In this document: in pieces, positions 22,659 through 35,218 of the stretch
Layout: every line of letters begins with the position of its first letter
Position numbering within the stretch: the first letter of the stretch is position 1
Assembly (NCBI GenBank): GCA_032718475.1
Contig: JAUCBJ010003852.1
Location: forward strand, 1-47,272
Reading direction: 5' to 3'
DNA: 47,272 nt
From: Nemertoderma westbladi
Lineage: Eukaryota; Animalia; Xenacoelomorpha
Position numbers and translations under genes: made by a program
The notes under the pieces: model-generated
Seen by the model: only the letters and a program-made list of their open reading frames with translations
Databases searched by the model: none
What the model was told of the DNA's origin: nothing

Positions 22659-23867
22659 TGTAAAGGCTTTTGCGGATCTAGCTAGTCATTTTTCCTGCAA
22701 AGTACTCTGTAGGTGTTTTAGCGGACATAAAAAGCCGTTTTCTTACTGTGTATGTGTTTTAGTGGACATAAAAAGCCATTTTTCTGTATGTGTACTTTAG
22801 CGGACATAACAAGCCATCTTATGCCGCAATGCGCCAAAATACTCTTAATACAGTGTAGTTCAGATGACAACATCTATCAGCTGATATGTCGATGTGGAGC
22901 TTTTGGCTTTCTTTGTTCAGGCTCACTCACTCGACCAATCAGAGCGATTTTCATTTTATTTGCACAGAAGCCTCCGGGAAATCGCGCAATGCATTATGGT
23001 CTTTGTTTACCTTTTTTCCTGAGCCCAGAACATCGGCTTTGGAATTATTCTGTGTTTCAGACTTTAGCCAAACATTAGAATGGCTTTGATTATAGAAACG
23101 TATAACTGTTATCAAAACAACTCAAGTCATACAATCCTGGCATACCAGACTCACCTTACTTTTCACCGCATTATTTTACTGCTATTTACTGTCGGTTATT
23201 AATTGTTTGAAGTTGATGGATATGTTGTTATATTTGGAGAATATCGATAAATAATCATAAAACCTCAATCTTCTTGATATACTGAAGGTTAGAGATACCG
23301 GTTACATATCAATTAGCAATAGCAATTGCAGCTTACATTATAGTGGTTTTGGAGTGAATTGAATGCTATTTCATAGACCCTACATGTGTCAGTTGCTGTT
23401 CTCCTTATATATGATCAAATTTAGTGAAGATCGGCAGATCTGTGTGCAGCAGTGTGAGGTAGTGTGCATGAGTGTGACAGATAACAAAGCATTTCCTAAA
23501 GAATGCGCTTTATACGAAAATCATTAGCCATCCCGTTGTGTTTAGTGTAAGTCATAACTCTGTTTACATACTTAGAGCGCCACGTCCTAAAGGAACTGTT
23601 AATATTTCCTGAAAGTGAATAATATTTGTCAGAGATTATATTAACGATCAATCGAATAGTACAGTAGGTCTACACCGCAATAAGGTCAGAGCATCCGAAT
23701 CCAGTCTCCCTTAACCGTGGGTGAATGATCGTGCATAGGCTGGCTTCGGCTAATGTAACTTTATGTGTATCAAATACTTGTTATAGGCTAAAGTCGATTT
23801 ATAACCTAGAAGACACCTAAATTTGGCAGGTTAAACTGCTAAAGGTCTAAAAGCGCGAACAATAACA
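22659..23867 (+). mobile_element. Solo BEL/Pao LTR, diverged relative of 1634..2761
   Basis: TGTAAAGG...AATAACA termini and colinear similarity to the first LTR. No TSD found. Confidence 0.88.
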
Positions 23868-24159
23868 GTTATTCTTTCTTTATTGCAACGTAGGCAATAA
23901 AGGCAAAAGTACCGGTCGACCGGTAACCAGTAGGCCTAACTACCTAACCACCCGAACCGGTACTTACAGCAGTACAGGTACATCAGTATTATTCGATTTT
24001 GATAATTATATACCGGTAGGTCTTGATATTTAATCGGGGACTGCAGCCCTGGTTTTTTATTGAGATTTTAATTATTTCTGTCAGTTTTATTTATATGTAA
24101 GTTAATATTGAGCAGAAGGCGTGTAAGCCTGCTCAGATTGTATAAATAATTTGTAGGCT

Positions 24160-25246
24160 GGATCGTTAGTTGTGATGGAACAAACACCAACACAGGAAGG
24201 AAAGGAGGTGTGATACGTCTGCTGGAAAATTATATAAAATCTCCACTGCAATGGGCAGTTTGCATGCTGCACCTAAATGAACTCCCTCTTCAACATCTAT
24301 TTATCCACTTCGATGGACAGACTGATGGCCCAAATTCCTACAAAGGTCCTATTGGTGTTGAAATAAAAAAAGATCTTGTATACAAGATCTTAAATACAAG
24401 GAAATATATTCCCCAAATTTTACAGACATGGAGAAGACTGCTTTGAACAGCTTAAGCAAGGGTCAGAAGTACTTGTATCTTATTACCCAGGCAATCATCA
24501 AAGGTAAATGTAGTGAGGAATTTGCACGTAACCAGCCTGGCAAGTTGGCTCATTCACGTTGGTTAACAACTGCAAACAGAGTTTGGAGGCTTTACATCAG
24601 CACTGCTACACCCTCTAGGAGTTTAGAAATCATCGTCCACTTCATCATCACTGCTTACTCACCAATGTGGTTTCTTATAAAACGTCGAAATCTTCTACAG
24701 AATGGCTCGTGTAACTTATTCAACCTTATTTCCTGGACTCGTTGCCTTGATGAAGAGGCCAAGATGTTTGTTGACAGGGTGATTCTCCACAATGCATACT
24801 TCGCTCACCATGAGAATGTTCTCTATTCCATGTTGTTTGACGATAGATACTTTATTCGAGAACTTGCTGTACATCGCATTGCGAAGGCTCGTAAATCTCG
24901 TACGTCTGAAGCTGCAGTCCGGCAGTTTGTAGTCCCTGTCACAATTAATTTTGATGCTAGTGACTACTATGACATAATAGACTGGCAAAGTACTGACGTC
25001 ACTGAACCACCACTCACTGCCAACTTGGAAGTCCATGAGCTACATTCTATCCGAGAGTCAAATTCATGTGACTTTAAATGTCATACTCAGCATGTTGAAC
25101 GAATGGTTCAAGTTGTGGCTGAGGTGTCATCTAAAGTAGTTGGTGTTGATCGTCGAGATGGACTTATACTTACAAAGTTGGCTGCTCTAAAGGATCGTCC
25201 AGTATTCAATACAAAGTCAGATTTTAAGCTCAAACTGTCAATGTAA
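24160..25246 (+). pseudogene. hAT-superfamily (hATm-like) transposase, 5'-truncated and frameshifted
   Basis: SCDGTNTNTG, WAVCMLHLNEL (CxxH), RWLTTANR, YFAHHENV, CHTQHVER. Frameshift near 24400-24440. Confidence 0.75.
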
Positions 25247-25299
25247 GGCTTGCTTATTTGGTTTATTTAGTTAGATTATTATGCTTTAATCAAACAAAA

Positions 25300-25919
25300 C
25301 CTATCAATCAAAACTAAAATGTATTTTAACAATCAAATGAATGCCTGAATCTTTCTCATTTGTGCAAGTTGTAATGTTTTTCGGAAATATATAGAAGAAT
25401 CAATAATATTCGAAAAGTCTTTTCTACCAATGACGTCATAACTTGATCCATCTGGAGAAACCAGATCCGATCAATCAAATCTGAAATGTATTTCAACAAT
25501 CAACTGAATGCCCTATTCTTTCTCACTGGTGCAAGTTGCACCGTTTTTGGAAAATATTTTCACGAATCAATGATATTCTAAAAATAGCCTTTTCTACCAA
25601 TGACGTCATATTTTGATTCATCTGGAGCCACCTGATCCGATCAATCAAATCTAAAATGTATTTCAACAATCAACTGAATGCCCTAATCTTTCTCACTGGT
25701 GCAAGTTGCACCGTTTTTGGAAAATATTTTCACGAATCAATGATATTCTAAAAAAAGCCTTTTCTACCAATGACGTCATATCTTGATCCATCTGGAGCCA
25801 CCTGATCCCATCATTGATTTTTGAAAAAAAAATCAGTATTCATATCAGGATGCCAAGCCTCCTCAATTGTATGAGTTGCTAAGCCATTCGGCAAAAAAAG
25901 TGATTCCAGACACACCCTA
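25300..25919 (+). mobile_element. Right end of the hAT-like element: three 170-bp subterminal repeats and terminus ...CACACCCTA
   Basis: TTTCTACCAATGACGTCATA at 25421, 25591 and 25761. Terminus reads TAGGGTGTG on the minus strand. Confidence 0.7.
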
Positions 25920-25921
25920 CT

Positions 25922-26090
25922 GAAGAGGGCATACCGGCATCAAACGTCTTTAATTTCGATGAGACAAATGTCAGCAATCAACCAGGAGACAAACGTGTTG
26001 TTTGTAAGCGAGGTGTGAAATGTGTGGAACAAGTGATTTCTAAATCAAAACACTACTACTAGGATCGGCATGCTGCATTGCAGCTGCATT
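25922..26090 (+). pseudogene. pogo/Fot1-like DDE_1 transposase fragment
   Basis: Manual translation EEGIPASNVFNFDETNVSNQPGDKRVVCKRGVKCVEQVISKSK contains the NxDET first catalytic Asp. Confidence 0.72.
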
Positions 26091-27772
26091 TTTAAGAATT
26101 AAGAGTGCCGGCTTGTCAACAAAATTGCGCCGCCACAACTCCCTATCACCCATGACATTTGCTAGATCATCCGCATCTTTAAGGCCAGTGTCCTTTAAGA
26201 TGCGTCTCAAGAAAGTCATGGTTTGTCCACCATGCTTATTCACTCCATGAGGCTGCCAAAGTAAAGATTATGCACTGGCTGGTCCTCATGGCGAAAGCAA
26301 TGTCCTGCAAAGCGGAGGCGATTTTGTTCTATTGTCAAGCTTGGGGGAACCAATGAGACACCTCCAATGTTATATAGTGTCTGGTTGGAGATGTGTGCAT
26401 TGTACTTGACACAATGAACCCGGTGTAGCATTCTTGTGAATGTGCCATCCAGAGATTTGGTGTCCTCAGCAGTTAGAGCCCAGCATGGACTCCCGTAGAG
26501 GAGTACTGGAACTACTGCTGCTCTAAATAATCGGACCTTAAGTTTCCGATTAATTCTCGGTGACTTCCAAATCCTGGAAAGCCTATTCAAGGCTGCCCAT
26601 GCCTTTCCCTTACGTATTCGAAGGTCCTCACCTGACTTCCGGATCCATGATCCCAGGTAACAGAAGTCGTCCACATGCTCAAGCATACCATCCCATCCGA
26701 TCAGAGACTTGCTGAGGACTTTCAAAGTTAACTGTCAGAATTTTGGTCTTTCTGGAGTTAATAAAAAGACCAACACTAGAAGCAGCATGTTCTAATGAGC
26801 TGAGGAGCCGTTGGGCTCCCTCTAATGATTCTGAGAGTACTCCTAAGTCATCAGCAAAGTCTAGATCAGTTAGGTACTTGGCAGGATTTCCTCGACTTCT
26901 GGAGCCAGTAGGTGGAGTTATCATCACCCCATCATCATTATAATGATCTAAGGATATGCGTAGAACATAGTCAACCACAATAATGAACAAGAATGGTGCA
27001 AGTGTGTCTCCTTGGAGGACGCCCCATAACACTTCAAATGGTTCTGTGTCACCGTCAACAGTTGACACAAATGTTGTCGAACCATCGTATACTGATCTGA
27101 TTGCTGCAATAATTTCATCAGGAATCCCATATAATGAAAGTATGCTGAACATACGTGAGCGAGAGACTGAATCAAAGGCCTTGAAGAAGTCAACAAAGAT
27201 AACAGCCAGATGAGTGTCTTTCTTTTTTGATAACTCTTCAATTATCCTTCTAAGTGCCAAAATGGGCTCCATGGTCCCACGACCTTTACGGAACCCATTC
27301 TGATTTCCACGGAGCAGTCTCTCAATGGGATCCCTGATGCGATTTAATAGAATCCTATTGTATAGCTTTGCAGCAATCGAGATCAATGAGATTCCCCGAA
27401 AAGAACCATAGAGTGTTAGGTTGCTCTTCTTGGGAACTGGCACCAACTTATTTGTTTTCATTTCTTGTGGGACTCTTGTTGTTCGGTACATGTCTACTAT
27501 GATGGGATAGATGAGCTTTAAACACTCAGGTATTTTAAAGACCTCAGGGGGAACACCATCTACTCCACTGGCACGATTGGTCTTAATGCTCTTTGCAGCA
27601 GCCTTCACTTCTGCAAAGGAGATATCGCCAATGAGAATATCTGGGAGTACAGACTCAGACACTTTTACTTCTATAAAGTTATCAGGCAATACCCTGTCAT
27701 TATTGAGGAGCTTTTCAAAGTGGGCTTTCCAACCATTGAGGCGATCGGCTGGTGATTCAGCCTTAACCTTGG
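26090..27772 (-). pseudogene. RTE-type LINE reverse transcriptase, 5'-truncated, two frameshifts
   Basis: RGISLISIAAKLYN, QNGFRKGRGT, FVDFFKAFDSV, GVLQGDTLAPFLF, LDFADD, FCYLGS, RLRFAGHC. Confidence 0.93.
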
Positions 27773-28448
27773 TGGTGGTCGGATCCACTTCCGCTTCATT
27801 ACCCACCAGAAAATGGGACCAGTGGCATTTAGCAATATGTTGGGGAGACGAGATTACCAATATTAATCTCGTCTCACAACCAACATGGGGGGGGGGGGGG
27901 CGACACAAGCCACCAAGCCACAGAGTGAGGTTAGAGGTCAAGCCACCTCGGAGGGAATACAGCTAGTAGAGGCTAGCAGCGGAGGGGAAACACTCCCAGA
28001 GAGTGCCAAGGTGACAAGTAGTATATTAATTAGCCAATAGGGGGGAGGGAAGCACGTGATAGGGAACAGGAAAGCATCCATTGGGTAGAAGGCCAAAGTA
28101 GAGTAAGAAAGTAGAGTAAGAGGTGAAAGCAATATTCAATCTGTTAATCATATATTATTATCAGTCTATACCAGTTTACCAATCAGTTGTGCTATTCAAT
28201 CTATTTAGGGCAGACTGGCAATAGTTTTAGACCGTCATCGGCACCGCCATACCGGTAAATATTTTATCTATATTTTCTGCATCTATTAATCTGTGCTATC
28301 ATCGCATCGCGTACCTTAATTAATATCAAAGACAACAGCAACTCATACTGTTTTCCTAGTCGGCTTCGGCCAAAGCCAGTAGCGCAATCCCTAGCAGAAC
28401 GGTGACGTGTACTTCAACAACCCGGTCGGGATCTTTGATCCCGTCACA
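27773..28448 (-). mobile_element. LTR-like dispersed repeat (probable solo LTR), copy 1
   Basis: Inverted homolog of 36142..36792. Begins TGTGACGGGATC on the minus strand. Confidence 0.62.
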
Positions 28449-28639
28449 AATACATTAAAAACTTTAATAAAAAAAATCAACAAATATTATAGTAAATAAG
28501 TGCAAACAAATAACAACAACAAATAAATAGACAAAAGTAAATGTATTTAGACCTAGGCTAAACTATTAATTTTTACCGGTATTACCGAACATAAAGACAA
28601 CCATATTAGATCAGGCTGATCATTTGCTATTGTATTGCC

Positions 28640-29232
28640 ATTAAATGATCTCGTTACCAAAAATACAGGAAAACAAACACGTTACAGAAATGGCCTTTTA
28701 TAACCAAAACAATAAACGAATTAAGAATTAAGGGAAATGAGCAGATTGCAAAGGCCGCAGTTACCAACCAAAACAATAAACGATCCCATTACCAATTGAA
28801 GGAAAGGAGCAGGTTATAGCTTTCTAACAAAAATAATAAGTGATATCATTACCAATTAAGGGAAATGAACGTGTTACACAAACGGCCTTTTCTAACCAAA
28901 GCAATAAACGATATCTTGTTACCAATTGAGAGAAAGGAACAGGTTACAGAAGCGGCCTTTTCTAACCCCAAAACAATAAACGATCCCATTACCAGAGGAA
29001 AAGGAGCATGTTACAGAAGCGGGGTTTTCTAACCAAAAAAATAAACTATCTCAATATCAATTAAGAAAATGGAACAGGTAATTTTCTAACCATAAAAATA
29101 AGCGATCTTAATATCAATTACGATAAATGAACAGGAATTAATAAAAGCGGCCCTTTCAACAATGACCAATTGAGGGTAAGGAGCAGAGATAACACAGGCG
29201 TGCTTTTCAAACCAAAACATTAAACTGTCTCG
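28640..29232. repeat. Degenerate ~55-65 bp tandem repeat
   Basis: Recurring TTACCAATT.AG.GAAA.GA.CAGGTTACAGAA.CGGCCTTTTCTAACCAAAACAATAAACGAT, about 10 copies. Confidence 0.85.
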
Positions 29233-30038
29233 GTGTGTTACAAAATATATAATCCTATAACCTATAATCGGTGTGTTACTACATTTAATGCTTTATTTGG
29301 CCTGATATAAGACGATCATTAATTATGATTATGGTAAAACTAATTTTAAGTAAGAATAAAGAACAAAAAAAGTTTATAATTGAATAATTATGCGCCCTGC
29401 TGCCCCTATGGGATGTGTAATGAGTTATATGTGTCCAGCATTGAAAGGACGAACTGGGAAGACGCCCACTGGATAATCAAGCAGCCGGATGGATGAGATA
29501 TGGTAGGAAGGAAGAGTGACTTGCTCATCACCCTCCTTCAACGCTGGCCGCATCCACCCAGACACCACTGGGGAGGGGGGGGGGGGGGGCGAATCGGACC
29601 CTTCCTAGTTTTTAATTGCTGTATCTGTGCAACCACATTATGTACCAGCCCAATTTTTTACCAGAATTAAATTAATCAAATTTAATGGCGCATCTTTTGC
29701 AAAAAACGGCGTTGCAATTAGATTTCACCTTTTCGATGTGGGTGCCACCTCAAAATTTGGTCCCCAGCAGAAATTTTTTTGAAATTCCGAAAAAATTAAG
29801 AACAGAAAATCAAGAACATCTATCAGAACCATCTATATCATAGGGGGAAGGGTCAATAAAATCTAAAATTCAAAATGCTGGACTATATAAACGTTTCAAC
29901 CTGGACAAAGCACCATCTGTGAATAGGTTTTACCTTTCAGAATGTAATAGGGTGGAAGGGAAATCTGGGGGGGGGGGGGGGGGCAAAGTTATCCAAAAGC
30001 ACAGGCCTATGACGTACTTAAAATCGCAAGCTATATAA

Positions 30039-31107
30039 ATGACCATACCGGAAAAAAACATGAGGAATACACACAATGTAGATGAGTATTTATACAAGCT
30101 TAAGGAATTAGGAATGACTGCAGAGAGTATTAATTGTCCATTAAAAAACTTAAAGAAGTACAGGAAGTTCAGAATAAACGAGCAAGGCCACTTTAGAATA
30201 AAACCTGACTCACTGTGGGACCAATTTAAAGATTGTTTAGATGCTCACCAAGCCTTCCAAATGTCGAGTATTTCTAACCTCATATGTAAGAGAATTATAC
30301 GACGTAGGATAGAGGACTATGAAAAGTTTGTAGATAGTGATCCACGAGAAACTATACGTATTATAACAGATAGTAATGTTAAGGAGCAAGTTGAATTAGC
30401 AAAACAAAATTTACTAAGCCAAAAACAAATAAATAGGACAGATTACCTTCTTGTTGTGAGCCCTGTCTTGTTGTTCTTGTTGTTGCTTGATGTGAGGTCC
30501 CTCATGCCCCCCCCCCCCCCCCCCTTATGTTTCTAGAAGTACAAAGACCGATGGTTGTGAGCACTTTACAGCTTTCTGAGTTTCGTCGTGGGGGGCAACC
30601 TAAATTCTGTGGGGATGGTATACATGTTGTTGCTGTTGCTGAGCATAAAACAGCATCACAACAACTTGCCCATTTTGGCTTATCAGATGATCTCTATGAC
30701 GAAAAATTTTATTCTATATTGAAAATATTAGACCTAAAATCGTTCGAATGCAACCCAAATCTGTAGATATTACTAATGATCTAAAATATGTCTTTCTAAA
30801 TACAGTAGGTAAGCAATTCATTAGCCCTGGACAGGAATTAAAGAGACTTTACGACACATTCCCCGAAATTCCATACCACAATTTAACTCCCACGGCTTGT
30901 CGCAAGTTGTTAGAGACTACAGCTATGGGTTTTGACGAAGAAACTCAGAAAGCTGTATCGTTCTATTTAGCACACTCAGAAAAAACCGCTTGCATAGACT
31001 CTAAGTTTGGAGTTAAAAATGTATTAGCTGCCCATAATGCTCTGCTACATCAGCTCCTATTATCACCTCCAATAACCACTTCATGGCTCGCCCCACAACA
31101 GAAATAG
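30039..31107 (+). pseudogene. Tyrosine recombinase (phage-integrase-like), split by frameshifts
   Basis: Ordered motifs QRP..V..L..SEF (Arg I), V.VAEHKT (Lys), VFLNTVG, LTPTACRK (Arg II), LAHSEKTA (His). The catalytic Tyr is not clearly retained. Confidence 0.7.
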
Positions 31108-31233
31108 TACCTACACGTCATATTACTCAACCAACTACTTAATAGGGTAGTTTAAAACAGAATAGAATAAGTATTGCGATTCTAAACAACATTATATTTC
31201 AATTAATTCAAACGGAACGTTTCGACGAAATAC

Positions 31234-32514
31234 ATGATTAATGATGTTATAACTGGACCCAATTCGTATATGGCCAGTTTTGATGTCAAAAATCTGTTTA
31301 CGAATATACCGGTAGATGAAACCATTGTTATATTGCTTAATCAATTATTTGAGGGGACAGATACAGTAGATGGACTGAGTAGAAGACAGTACAAAAAACT
31401 ACTAGATTTTGCATCCAAGAACACTGAGTTTATTTTCAACCAACATAAGTACTTGCAAATTGATGGCGTTTCGATGGGTAGCCCCATTGGGCCAACGTTT
31501 GCTAATGCATTTTTAAGCTTTTACGAAAAAAAATGGCTGTCCAATTGTCCACCTGATTTGAAACCAATGTTTTATAGGCGATATGTGGATGATTGCTTTA
31601 TTTTATTCCGAGATAGACAACATGCTAAAGAATTTTTAAACTATCTAAATTCCCAACACCGCAACATTGAATTCACTGTAGAATTTGAATCCAACAATTC
31701 CCTATCATTCCTTGATGTTCTAATTACTAGAAGCCGTGATTCTCTGAACACAACCATATACCGAAAACCAACCTTTACTGGTCTATACACACACTATGAT
31801 AGCTTTATTTCAGACAAATTTAAAGTTGCCCTCATTGCTACTTTAATTTTTCGAATTTTTCACATTTGTACCAACTGGCGCCAATTTCAAACTCAAACAA
31901 ATAAACTACATGACATTCTGTCCCTTAACGGGTTTCCCAGTGAACTTATCTGGTCTGTCATTCACAGGGTCACCTCAAGACTAGGGGGGCCAGCCCGTCC
32001 CAAAATACCTTCGGTTGCCAAAAAACCAATCTACTTAGTCCTACCTTACTTAGGCTACATGTCATCACAAATCAACCACAAACTTAAACTGATTTCTCAT
32101 GCCTACCCGCAAATAGACTTCAAGATAATTTTCAAACCCCACATCAGACTAGGCACCCACTTCCCGTTTAAGGACAGATTTCCAGCCGCGATGAGACCCG
32201 TTGTCTTGTACAAATTCAAGTGTGCCAGCTGTAATGCTGTCTACATCGGTAAAACCGAGCGACATTTTAAGACACGAGTCTGTGACCACCTGGGAGTCTC
32301 ACCAAGAACGGGAAAGCCTGTGGCCAACCCACAACACTCTGCAATACGGGATCACACTATAGAGTATGACCACAAATATAATTACAATGATTTTAAAATA
32401 ATAGGCAAGGCACAAAGTAATTACGACCTTCTAATTAAAGAAAGCATCACAATTGGCAGACAAAAACCCTCACTAAACATCCAAGGCACGTCCTTCCCGT
32501 TATTTCTATTTTAA
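31234..32514 (+). CDS. Penelope RT + GIY-YIG endonuclease (N-terminally truncated)
   Basis: SFDVKNLFTNIP, GVSMGSP, RYVDD, FLDV, YRKPT, VLYKFKCASCNAVYIGKTERHFKTRVCDH, KESITI..KPSLN. Confidence 0.96.
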   Translation: MINDVITGPNSYMASFDVKNLFTNIPVDETIVILLNQLFEGTDTVDGLSRRQYKKLLDFASKNTEFIFNQHKYLQIDGVSMGSPIGPTFANAFLSFYEKKWLSNCPPDLKPMFYRRYVDDCFILFRDRQHAKEFLNYLNSQHRNIEFTVEFESNNSLSFLDVLITRSRDSLNTTIYRKPTFTGLYTHYDSFISDKFKVALIATLIFRIFHICTNWRQFQTQTNKLHDILSLNGFPSELIWSVIHRVTSRLGGPARPKIPSVAKKPIYLVLPYLGYMSSQINHKLKLISHAYPQIDFKIIFKPHIRLGTHFPFKDRFPAAMRPVVLYKFKCASCNAVYIGKTERHFKTRVCDHLGVSPRTGKPVANPQHSAIRDHTIEYDHKYNYNDFKIIGKAQSNYDLLIKESITIGRQKPSLNIQGTSFPLFLF

Positions 32515-32703
32515 TCGTATTTGTGTATTTATCGCATGTTACAGACTGACGACCTACTTGTTGTTTTGTCTTATTTACACAATTCTAGGATCATAATAAC
32601 TTTGTTTCAAATTTACTACATTAAATAATTAATTATTACTTTTTTTTACAGTATGTTTATTTCGTAAAGTACTTTATATATTGCTAGTTTACACTGTTTA
32701 TTT

Positions 32704-32740
32704 GGCTGATGATGATGAATGTATTTCGTCGAAACGTTCC
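32704..32740 (+). ncRNA. Minimal type I hammerhead ribozyme in the Penelope pLTR
   Basis: GG-CTGATGA-T-GATGAA(tgtat)TTCGTC-GAAAC-GTT-CC: conserved core, 6-bp stem II, palindromic AACGTT stem III. Confidence 0.75.
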
Positions 32741-32964
32741 GTTTGAATTAATTGAAATATAATGTTGTTTAGAATCGCAATACTTATTCTATTCTGTTTT
32801 AAACTACGCTATCCACCTGGGACAACAATCACCTCTATACTTAATAGGGCCTAAGTACTTTATATGTACATTTAGGAATGAAGGGCTGAGTTAGAAGGAT
32901 GACCTAAGCCTTCAGTTTAACTTTTGGGGAATTCCCCATAATTACCATGGTGGCCTCTGGCCAA

Positions 32965-33195
32965 CTCATGTAATACTAAGCATCGGATAGGGCACATCAA
33001 TATCGAGCCATTCGAAAGTTTAAGGGTAACAGAACGGACAAGTCAATCTTCACTAGGGTGGACTTCAAGCACACGGGCCAGAAGCCACTTGTGGCGTGGG
33101 ACATTTGGTTCATCAACGATAATGAGGTCATCGATGGAAATATTAGTAGCTTGGGCAAACCACTTGTTTCGCATTTGAAGAGTTGGAATTTAATA
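32965..33195 (-). pseudogene. BEL/Pao DUF5641 fragment
   Basis: Manual translation IPTLQMRNKWFAQATNISIDDLIIVDEPNVPRHKWLLARVLEVHPSED*LVRSVTLK, homologous to the end of ORF 38..880. Confidence 0.82.
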
Positions 33196-33764
33196 ATGCA
33201 AATAAATAGGAGGCCATAGAGGGGGGACATATGAGAGTGTACAGTACAATTCCAATGAAAATTAAAAAATTGCATTACAAACTGTATTATTGTATTAAAA
33301 TTGTATTAGCAAACAGGATAGAAATTGAAACAGTTTGTCTGATAATAATATTCCATACTACCACCTTCCTAGCTAGATAAAAACCAAAATTGATCAAAGG
33401 TTTCCACAGCTCCCATTGACACTTTTGAAAAATACTCTTGCATGGTTCAGTAAAAAAAAGGCTTGTATAAAAATAATGGAATGGGGGGGATAACGTTTCA
33501 TTGAAAGTTTTAGCTCATCATTTAGGGGATCCGGACAAACTATCTTCCCTTTAACTACATTTAATGTTTTACCTTGATCACTATTGGCCATATCTTCAGT
33601 AATAATTGCAATGTCAATGCATTGCAATTGTCTTACCTGGTTTAAACGTTCCCTTGAAATGGGTCATAGCATTTGTGTTGTAAGGATGAATAAAGAGTGT
33701 TTCCAAACTCATATTACATATTACATAAACTCAATATTATGGTGAGTACATATGGTCTTCAGGT

Positions 33765-35218
33765 TCTGATTTTTTGTTTGTACGTAGGTATCACTTGTCT
33801 GGATCCGACCGAAAAAAAAAATTTTCGAAAAAATGTACTGGGGTGGTTATATTGCAGCACCAAAATTACAAGTAGTGCACAATTTTCATAAAATTTGAAA
33901 GTTACATTTTCGGCTAATTATTTTTCAATACAGGTTTTCTGGGGTGCAAAAAACATTGGAAAATATTTAAAAATGATATGATTACTATAAATGGCCGTTT
34001 AGTCCTCTCTGCGTAGGAAAAAAATGAAAAAAACAAGTAACCAGCACTTTTCAGGTAGAACACAAAATTTTTAATTCACTTATACGATGCTATAAATTCA
34101 CATGTTCAGGTTTTCGAGGGCGCTGATTCTAATGGAATACATTTCTAATATGCCAGATCATTGATACTTGTATTTTTCGGCGTAATTTGGCAAATTTTGG
34201 TGCTATCACCAAATTTCGTACCCATCACCAAAAAGTACAAGTTTGCGATGTCCAGTGCTGTTTTTATGGATTCCATCGGATTCAGGACCCTCATAAACCC
34301 GTATAACGCAAGAAACAAGGTGATACTATCTACTGATAAATTTGCATATTTTCCAAAATTTGGTGCTGCACAACAATTTTCACCCACTGGCGAAAAATAC
34401 CAGTTTGAGAACTCTTATGAAATTTTTACTGATTCCATTGAATTCAGAACCATCACAAACCCGTATAACGCAAGAAACAAGGTGACACAATCAATTGATA
34501 TATTTGATGTTTTTCAAAATTTGGTGCTAGCACCACATTTTGCACCCACATCCGAAAAATACAAGTTTGAGATGTCTAGTTCGATAATTATTTATTCCAT
34601 TGAATTCAGAACAGCTATAAACCTCTAAAAAATAAATTGTCACAAGCAATTTTATCTATCGAATGAATTTTCAAAATTTCGTGCTAGCACCAAAATTTGC
34701 ACACAGCACCGAAAAATACAAGTTTGATACGCTTGGTGCAACTCGTATATATTTCATCGAATCCAGAACCCCAAAAAACAACAATTGCGTAAAAAACAAG
34801 TTTCAAACAATCAATTTACAAAATTGACATAATTCAAAATTTGGTGCTGGCACCAAAATTTGGCACCCACCGAAAAAAACAAGTTTGAAATTTCTAAATC
34901 AATTTATATGAATTCCATCAAATTTCTAACACCAAAAAACCGGTGTAAATCAAAAATAGAGATGTTACAATTCATATTTAATGAAATGTAATTTTCAAAA
35001 AACGTCTCAAAAAAAGTGCCAAAAGTAGGGTTAAAAAATGGTGCTATAACTCGAAAAGTACCCAATATTTTTGAAAACGGTTTTCACTACTAGGAAGACA
35101 ATAGATTTTTAGGAAAAGTCATAAAATTTCAGATTCCCAACTGAATTATAATAAAAAAGAATTATAATAAAAAAACCACGGGGGGGTCAAATTGACCCCC
35201 CCCCCGGGTTTAATAGGG
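33765..35218 (-). mobile_element. piggyBac-type MITE, one end truncated, inverted relative to the 38037 copy
   Basis: Ends CCCGGGTTTAATAGGG followed by TTAA. Colinear reverse complement of ~38037..39505. Confidence 0.88.

Larger units (their letters stand above)
31148..32837 (+). mobile_element. Penelope-like element, 5'-truncated with inverted partial pLTR
   Basis: 12-bp TSD TACTTAATAGGG (31136..31147 and 32838..32849). 31147..31234 is the reverse complement of 32720..32807. Confidence 0.93.

Noticed and set aside
27773-27941. N-terminus of the 420-aa RT ORF
   Set aside because: It is read-through from the adjacent LTR-like repeat and not part of the LINE.
34161-34628. 155-aa ORF with apparent paralogs at 38373, 38639 and 44804
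   Set aside because: These are chance frames in MITE subrepeats. Similarity reflects DNA copies, and there are no transposase motifs.
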